Shown here: one piece after another, positions 58,893 to 64,000 of the stretch
How positions within the stretch are numbered: position 1 is the stretch's first letter
Layout of the letters: every line of letters starts with the position of its first letter
Assembly (NCBI GenBank): GCA_051439605.1
Contig: JBFRWN010000142.1
Location: 34,009 to 98,008, forward strand
Direction: 5' to 3'
DNA from: Synechococcus sp.
GTDB lineage: Bacteria; Cyanobacteriota; Cyanobacteriia; Thermostichales; PCC-7336
Length of the DNA stretch: 64,000 nt
Translations under genes and position numbers: made by a program
Notes under the pieces: model-generated
The model's input: the letters and a program-made list of their open reading frames with translations, nothing else
What the model was told of the DNA's origin: nothing
Databases searched by the model: none

Positions 58893-61397
58893 TTGAACTC
58901 CCATCACCTCACCCGTCGTAGATCTAGATGGAACTTTGACCGTCGCTCGTTGGCTGTAAAGCTTGCTGCTGCAATGACTGGGTTGGTGGCGGTCTCTATT
59001 GCTGGGGTGACGTGGCTGTCAGTCAACCGCGAACAACAAACCTTCCAACAAAGCCTGCAGAAGCAGGCGGAAGTTTTGCTAGAAACGATGGATGTCTCCG
59101 TCACCGATGCCTTGTATTACGAAGATGGGGATTTTCTGGACGATCTGATTCAGACAATAGGGCGCGAGTCATCACTCGTGTTAGACGGACGTATTTACGA
59201 TCCAAAAGGTTGGGTGCTTGGAGATGCCAACGATCCGGCTGCCTTATACAGCCTAGAACCCGATCCATTTGCCCGACAGTTGCTGATCGATCGCGAGACC
59301 ATCTATCAGTGGGAAGGCGAACGATTAATCGTCGGTCAAGTCGTTGCGGTAGAGCATCAGGTATTGGGAGCCATTCGTCTCGAGCTCTCAACAGCTGAGT
59401 TAAAGAAGAAGATCGATATCGCTTTGCAACAAGGGTTTCAGGCGGCTGTGGCGTCAATGGCGATCGGAACGCTCCTAGCGTTTTTAATCGGCAAAAGCAT
59501 TACCGACCCCCTGCAGGACATGGTGCGAGTGACTCAAGATATTGCCGCAGGGGATCTGACACAGCGTTTGAAGCAGGTCGGTGGAACGGAACTGGCCACC
59601 CTGGCAAGGGCTTTCAACCAGATGACAGGGCAGTTGTATCTCAATCTGATGCGTAAGGGAGAACTGCTCCGGTATGCCCTCGATCCCATCATGACGCTTG
59701 ACGAAGGTGGCAGGATTGTTGAATTTAACGATGCCGCAGAGCGGGTGTTTTTGTACAAGCGTCAGGAAGTTTTTGGACTAGGTCTGGCTGAACTGGTGAT
59801 TGCCGAGCCGTGGCGGGACAAGTTGCTTGCCGCAATCGAGGATTGTGCATCGGGCAAGCCGACAGAGTTGGTGGGTAAATGGATAGAAATTCAAGCCCTG
59901 CGCCGCGATGGTCAGGTATTCCATGCAGATTTTTCCATCAGCTGCGTGTCCGTGGAAGGCGTGACTTTATTTACGGTCATGGTACGGGACATTACCAATC
60001 GCAAGCAGATGGAAGGGCAACTGAAATACGAGGCACTTCACGATCCCCTGACCGGTTTGTCCAATCGCAATGGGTTTAATCAATGGTTGGAGGAATCCTT
60101 TCAACGGTTTAAACAAGGAACTGGGGCACCGTTTGCCTTGCTATTTCTAGACTTCGATCGTTTTAAGGTCATCAACGATAGCTTGGGACACGACATCGGA
60201 GATTTACTGCTAGAAAATATTGCTCGCCGATTGCAAGCATGCGTACGCCAATCCGATCGCATAGCCCGATTGGGGGGGGACGAGTTCACGATTGTGTTGT
60301 CGAACATCGAAAGCATCGACCAAGCAACTCAAATGTGCGATCGTATCCAGCAAAAACTGGCTTCCCCGTTTAATTTGAGAGGGCACCAGGTGTCTACTTC
60401 GGCTAGTATCGGGGTCGTTCTGAGCAGTGCGGAGTATGAAGAGTCGAGGGATATTCTGCGCGACGCCGATATCACGATGTACTCCGCGAAAGCAGCCGGA
60501 AAAGCTCAGTACAGGGTGTTTGACGCCGAGATGGGGCATAAAGCCCGAGAGCATTTACAGCTCGAACAGGACCTGCATCAAGCGCTCGATCGCCAAGAAT
60601 TGTCTTTGAACTATCAACCCATTGTTACCAGCGGAACGAAAACCCTAGTGGGGTTTGAAGCTTTGTTGCGATGGCATCACACCCAGCGGGGGACTATCTC
60701 TCCTGCCCAATTCATTCCCCTTGCCGAAGAAAGCGGAGCCATCCGTTCAATGGGTTTGTGGGTTTTGCACGAGGGGTGCCAGCAGATGGTGAAATGGCAG
60801 GAGAAGTATCCAATGGCTGTTCTGCCTTGCTTGAGCGTTAATCTCTCGGGCAAGCAAATCACCCAATCCGACTTGGTGCCACAGATCGAGCGCATTTTGC
60901 ACGAAACCGGCTTTACCCCAGAGCAATTGAAATTAGAAATTACCGAAACCATTTTGATGGACAATTTCCAGATGGCTTTCGACCAACTCTCTGCCCTGCA
61001 GAAACTGGGAATCCAAATCTATATCGACGATTTTGGGACAGGCTACTCCTCCTTCAGCTACCTAAATCAACTGCCCATTGATGCCCTCAAAATCGATCGG
61101 TCCTTTATCAGCGCAGAGGGCTCTGAAGGAAATAACTGGAAGATCGTGCAAACAATCCTCTCCTTGGCCAAGAGCATGGGCATCGACGCGATCGCCGAAG
61201 GAGTTGAGGATGCCGACCAATTGGCCAAACTCACAGCTCTGGGGTGCGGTTACCTGCAGGGGTATTTCATTTCTAAACCCCTGGATGTCCCGAGTGCAGA
61301 AGCTTTTATGGTGAGTACTGCTATTCCTCCCACCCCAGCTCTAAATCGATCGATGTCATTCCTGCAAGCTCTACCGCAGAAATCGGGAACTGTTTAA
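58893..61397 (+). CDS. Membrane-bound diguanylate cyclase/phosphodiesterase (TM-periplasmic-TM-HAMP-PAS-GGDEF-EAL)
   Basis: Intact HAMP (ITDPL...IAAGDL..R.....EL..LARAFNQM), RQSD-x5-GGDEF, EALLRW, DDFGTGYSS and AEGVE; TTG start. Confidence 0.95.
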   Translation: MNSHHLTRRRSRWNFDRRSLAVKLAAAMTGLVAVSIAGVTWLSVNREQQTFQQSLQKQAEVLLETMDVSVTDALYYEDGDFLDDLIQTIGRESSLVLDGRIYDPKGWVLGDANDPAALYSLEPDPFARQLLIDRETIYQWEGERLIVGQVVAVEHQVLGAIRLELSTAELKKKIDIALQQGFQAAVASMAIGTLLAFLIGKSITDPLQDMVRVTQDIAAGDLTQRLKQVGGTELATLARAFNQMTGQLYLNLMRKGELLRYALDPIMTLDEGGRIVEFNDAAERVFLYKRQEVFGLGLAELVIAEPWRDKLLAAIEDCASGKPTELVGKWIEIQALRRDGQVFHADFSISCVSVEGVTLFTVMVRDITNRKQMEGQLKYEALHDPLTGLSNRNGFNQWLEESFQRFKQGTGAPFALLFLDFDRFKVINDSLGHDIGDLLLENIARRLQACVRQSDRIARLGGDEFTIVLSNIESIDQATQMCDRIQQKLASPFNLRGHQVSTSASIGVVLSSAEYEESRDILRDADITMYSAKAAGKAQYRVFDAEMGHKAREHLQLEQDLHQALDRQELSLNYQPIVTSGTKTLVGFEALLRWHHTQRGTISPAQFIPLAEESGAIRSMGLWVLHEGCQQMVKWQEKYPMAVLPCLSVNLSGKQITQSDLVPQIERILHETGFTPEQLKLEITETILMDNFQMAFDQLSALQKLGIQIYIDDFGTGYSSFSYLNQLPIDALKIDRSFISAEGSEGNNWKIVQTILSLAKSMGIDAIAEGVEDADQLAKLTALGCGYLQGYFISKPLDVPSAEAFMVSTAIPPTPALNRSMSFLQALPQKSGTV

Positions 61398-61403
61398 CTG
61401 TCA

Positions 61404-62351
61404 GTGAGGGAATCGAACGTGATTAGCAAAGTATTGTTGACATCGTCTTTAGCGTTGATAGTAGGTCTAGCTGCCCCCAGTTGGGGAGGGGTGTCTGTTG
61501 CACAAGCATCCGAGCAAGATCCTGCCACGCTGGTTTTGGCTGGAATCTCTGAAGAACCTGCCAAAATCCTCCGACGCTTTCAGCCCCTTACCGATTACTT
61601 AGTCACCCATTTAGAGGCGACCGGTATCTCGGTTGGAGAAGTCAAAGTGGCCCCAGATCTAGACACGATGGCCGATTGGATGGCGAATGGGGAAGTGGAT
61701 CTATACTTCGACAGTCTCTACCCGGCCATGGCTGTTGCCGATCGCTCTGGTGCAGAACCGATTTTGCGTCGTTGGAAAGACGGTGTAGCCGAGTATCACT
61801 CCGTTTTCTTTGCCAGAGCCGATAGCGAACTCACCTCATTGAACGACCTTCAAGGGCAGTTAATTGCCCTAGAGGAACCCCTGTCTACCTCCGGCTTCAT
61901 GCTTCCCCTGGCCCATTTGAAGGAAGCAGGCCTCAATCCTACAAGTAAAGAATTCGACGGATCCAATCCAGCCGTAGAGGCTGACGAGATTGGCTATCTA
62001 TTTAGCGGTGAGGACCAGAATACGATTCAGTGGGTGATTACCGGTAAAGTGGCGGCTGGCGTTACCGATAGCGGCAATTATCTCGAACTCCCCGAAGCTA
62101 CTCGAGAGGGACTGACCATTTTGGCCGAAACGGAACCACTTCCCCGCCAGGTGGTTGTGCTTCGCCCCAATATGGACGCTGAAGTGCAAGCTGAGCTGAC
62201 ATCCGTGTTGATGGATATGGACGACAGTGAAGCGGGACAAATCGTTTTGCAGAAGTTTAAAAAGACTGCCCAATTCGATGCGTTTCCGGAAGGGGCGGAG
62301 GCTGCGCTGGAGCGGATGAGAGAGATCTACGAACTCGTCAACCAATCATAA
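61404..62351 (+). CDS. Orphan PhnD-type (phosphate/phosphite/phosphonate) periplasmic substrate-binding protein
   Basis: Signal peptide ending AQA; FQPLTDYL, Y.SVFFAR.DS...SL.DL.G and STSG motif; 6 nt after the GGDEF-EAL stop; no permease or ATPase adjacent. Confidence 0.88.
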   Translation: MRESNVISKVLLTSSLALIVGLAAPSWGGVSVAQASEQDPATLVLAGISEEPAKILRRFQPLTDYLVTHLEATGISVGEVKVAPDLDTMADWMANGEVDLYFDSLYPAMAVADRSGAEPILRRWKDGVAEYHSVFFARADSELTSLNDLQGQLIALEEPLSTSGFMLPLAHLKEAGLNPTSKEFDGSNPAVEADEIGYLFSGEDQNTIQWVITGKVAAGVTDSGNYLELPEATREGLTILAETEPLPRQVVVLRPNMDAEVQAELTSVLMDMDDSEAGQIVLQKFKKTAQFDAFPEGAEAALERMREIYELVNQS

Positions 62352-63284
62352 CTAAGAATTCTATAGATATAGATAGCTGGATTGACAGCCTGCTGTAATT
62401 ACCGAAATACTCTAAATCCTACGTTTACCTTTGCTTCGATCGTCAACGTGGCGTTACTGGTCTTCCCTAGCAGTACAGCCACTCCAGTGCTCAATTTCTT
62501 GACCGATGCCGTGGCGGTCAACGTGATTTCGATAGCGCGTGGCATCAGTTAAGCCAGACAACGGAAGCTGCCTGATAGTTGCCCGAACGAGACATCAGAG
62601 CCTTTCAAGTCGTGGCACCGAGCAGCCATCAGGTAAAAGCCTGTGGATCGATCGCGGTCGCATCCTCAACGGCCAGCCAAATTTCCAATACAAAACCGGT
62701 GGCGGTTTTCCACACACAATCTTCATAATCCGTAGAAGCATTACCCTGTGTAGCATTCAACCTCGCAACTGCATTGCTGAACGGATAAAAACTCCATCTA
62801 TTTGCCTGTTATATCGATGAATTCAGCATCGTTATTTTGTTCCCACAGGTTTAATACCCCTTAACTCAGGCCCAACTTTTCTGCCAATGAACCGCAACCT
62901 TGACGGGATTAACCCCCAAAACAGACCTTCAAAGGCATAAATATACGTGCTTATACCTAGGAACCTAACATAAATACCCCCAATCAGAGTTCTCTTTAAG
63001 TTTTATTGATGATTATAAAGTTTGAATGAAGGGCAATCTGGTTTCAGCGAGGACAGCAAGCGACACGTTTTCAGAGCTTGTTCGCCAAACACTCTCCTCC
63101 TGCGACTTCTTGTTAATTACCTAGGGCTCCGAGGCAACAGCCGCTTCGCTCCCTTTGTAATCAAGTTTTTCGACGACTGACGGGCGTACAAAGCAGGCAT
63201 TCAGCCTGCCCAATCCGCTTGCCCGCTTGTCGCGATTTCCCCCTAACCACAGCACAGAGCATCAATTTACAGGAAACCTTCGTC

Positions 63285-64000
63285 ATGATTTCGGACGCAT
63301 CACAGAACGGGCAACCCATCGATCAACTCCAGACAGAGTATGCCATTGGAAGCTCTCCAGAGGGCGATGCCCTGACTCAATCATCGGCCGAGAGCTTGAT
63401 GTTTGTAGATTCCTCCGTCGATCAAATCGATACACTCATCTCTGAAGTTCAACAGGGAATCAAAGTCATTGTCTTGGATGACGATGGCGAATTCTTGGGC
63501 AAAAATGAACTTGGCGATAGCGTCGAAGTCCTCGCATACGAAAATTCCAATGGCGTTGAGGCAGTTGCCAATTATCTGAGCGGGTACCAAGACCTCTCCA
63601 GCCTGCATTTCGTGACCCATGGCGAAGACGGCAGTATCAAGCTTGGCAACGCCACTCTTGATATCAACACTCTGACCTCGTATAGCGAAGATTTATCTAC
63701 TTGGGGTCAAGCGCTCGCCGCCGATGGCGATATTCTGTTTTACGGTTGCAACATTGCTGCAGGTCAGGAAGGCACAGCTTTCCTCGACGATATCAGCACC
63801 CTCACAGGGGCTGATATTGCGGCCTCCGATGACCTGACTGGCAGCAGTGCCCTCGGTGGAGATTGGGTTCTTGAAGTTAAGAACGGAACCATTGAATCTG
63901 CTGGGGCGTTCAACAAATCTGTCGAGCAGTCTTACCAAGCCATTCTGCCCCAGCCAATGTATAGCGACACCACTGAAAGTGGGAGACTCGCGAATACAAC
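63285..64000 (+). CDS. DUF4347 domain-containing protein, N-terminus (likely a large secreted/surface protein; runs off the right edge)
   Basis: Not in the ORF track. Manual translation from ATG 63285: MISDASQ...LMFVDSSV...LHFVTHGEDGSIKLG...DILFYGCNIAAG.EG..F...ISTLTGADIAASDDLTG....GGDW.LE. Confidence 0.9.
   Translation, partial: MISDASQNGQPIDQLQTEYAIGSSPEGDALTQSSAESLMFVDSSVDQIDTLISEVQQGIKVIVLDDDGEFLGKNELGDSVEVLAYENSNGVEAVANYLSGYQDLSSLHFVTHGEDGSIKLGNATLDINTLTSYSEDLSTWGQALAADGDILFYGCNIAAGQEGTAFLDDISTLTGADIAASDDLTGSSALGGDWVLEVKNGTIESAGAFNKSVEQSYQAILPQPMYSDTTESGRLANT

Larger units (their letters stand above)
1..64000. repeat. Dispersed HIP1 octamer GCGATCGC
   Basis: Many copies throughout (e.g. 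near 330, 2303, 22844, 48791), typical of cyanobacterial genomes. Confidence 0.9.

Noticed and set aside
63028..63068. Possible c-di-GMP-I riboswitch (GGGCAA...GGACAGCAAG)
   Set aside because: The GAAA tetraloop and GACGCAAAGC core are missing.
1..64000. CRISPR array, tRNA, rRNA, transposase, integrase or phage genes
   Set aside because: None recognised; the tandem repeats found have no spacers.

Overview
Cyanobacterial chromosomal DNA: HIP1 octamers (GCGATCGC) are frequent, and rpaB, lrtA, bicA and NtcA-type promoters are present. Most of the window is housekeeping or conserved genes (5-oxoprolinase, hisIE, glgB, bicA plus a cation/H+ antiporter, lrtA, cobS, wbaP, rseP, nth, a Ser/Thr kinase, rpaB, cobW, sppA, a Ctp protease). 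The accessory content lies at the right end. (1) A complete Nit1C / MSMEG_0565-0572-type cluster (49.3-58.6 kb) is split into two divergent arms around a GAF-LuxR regulator. Both arms carry the same composite promoter: a lux-box-like operator, then 74-75 nt, an NtcA box, 22 nt and a -10 box. (2) An orphan PhnD-type periplasmic binding protein is apparently co-transcribed with a membrane HAMP-PAS-GGDEF-EAL protein, upstream of a DUF4347 protein. An inverted paralog of the GGDEF-EAL gene lies about 47 kb away, with a decayed HAMP, no binding-protein partner and a MITE-like palindrome in its upstream region. No rRNA, tRNA, CRISPR array or transposase was recognised. All family assignments are by motif recognition; no database search was run.
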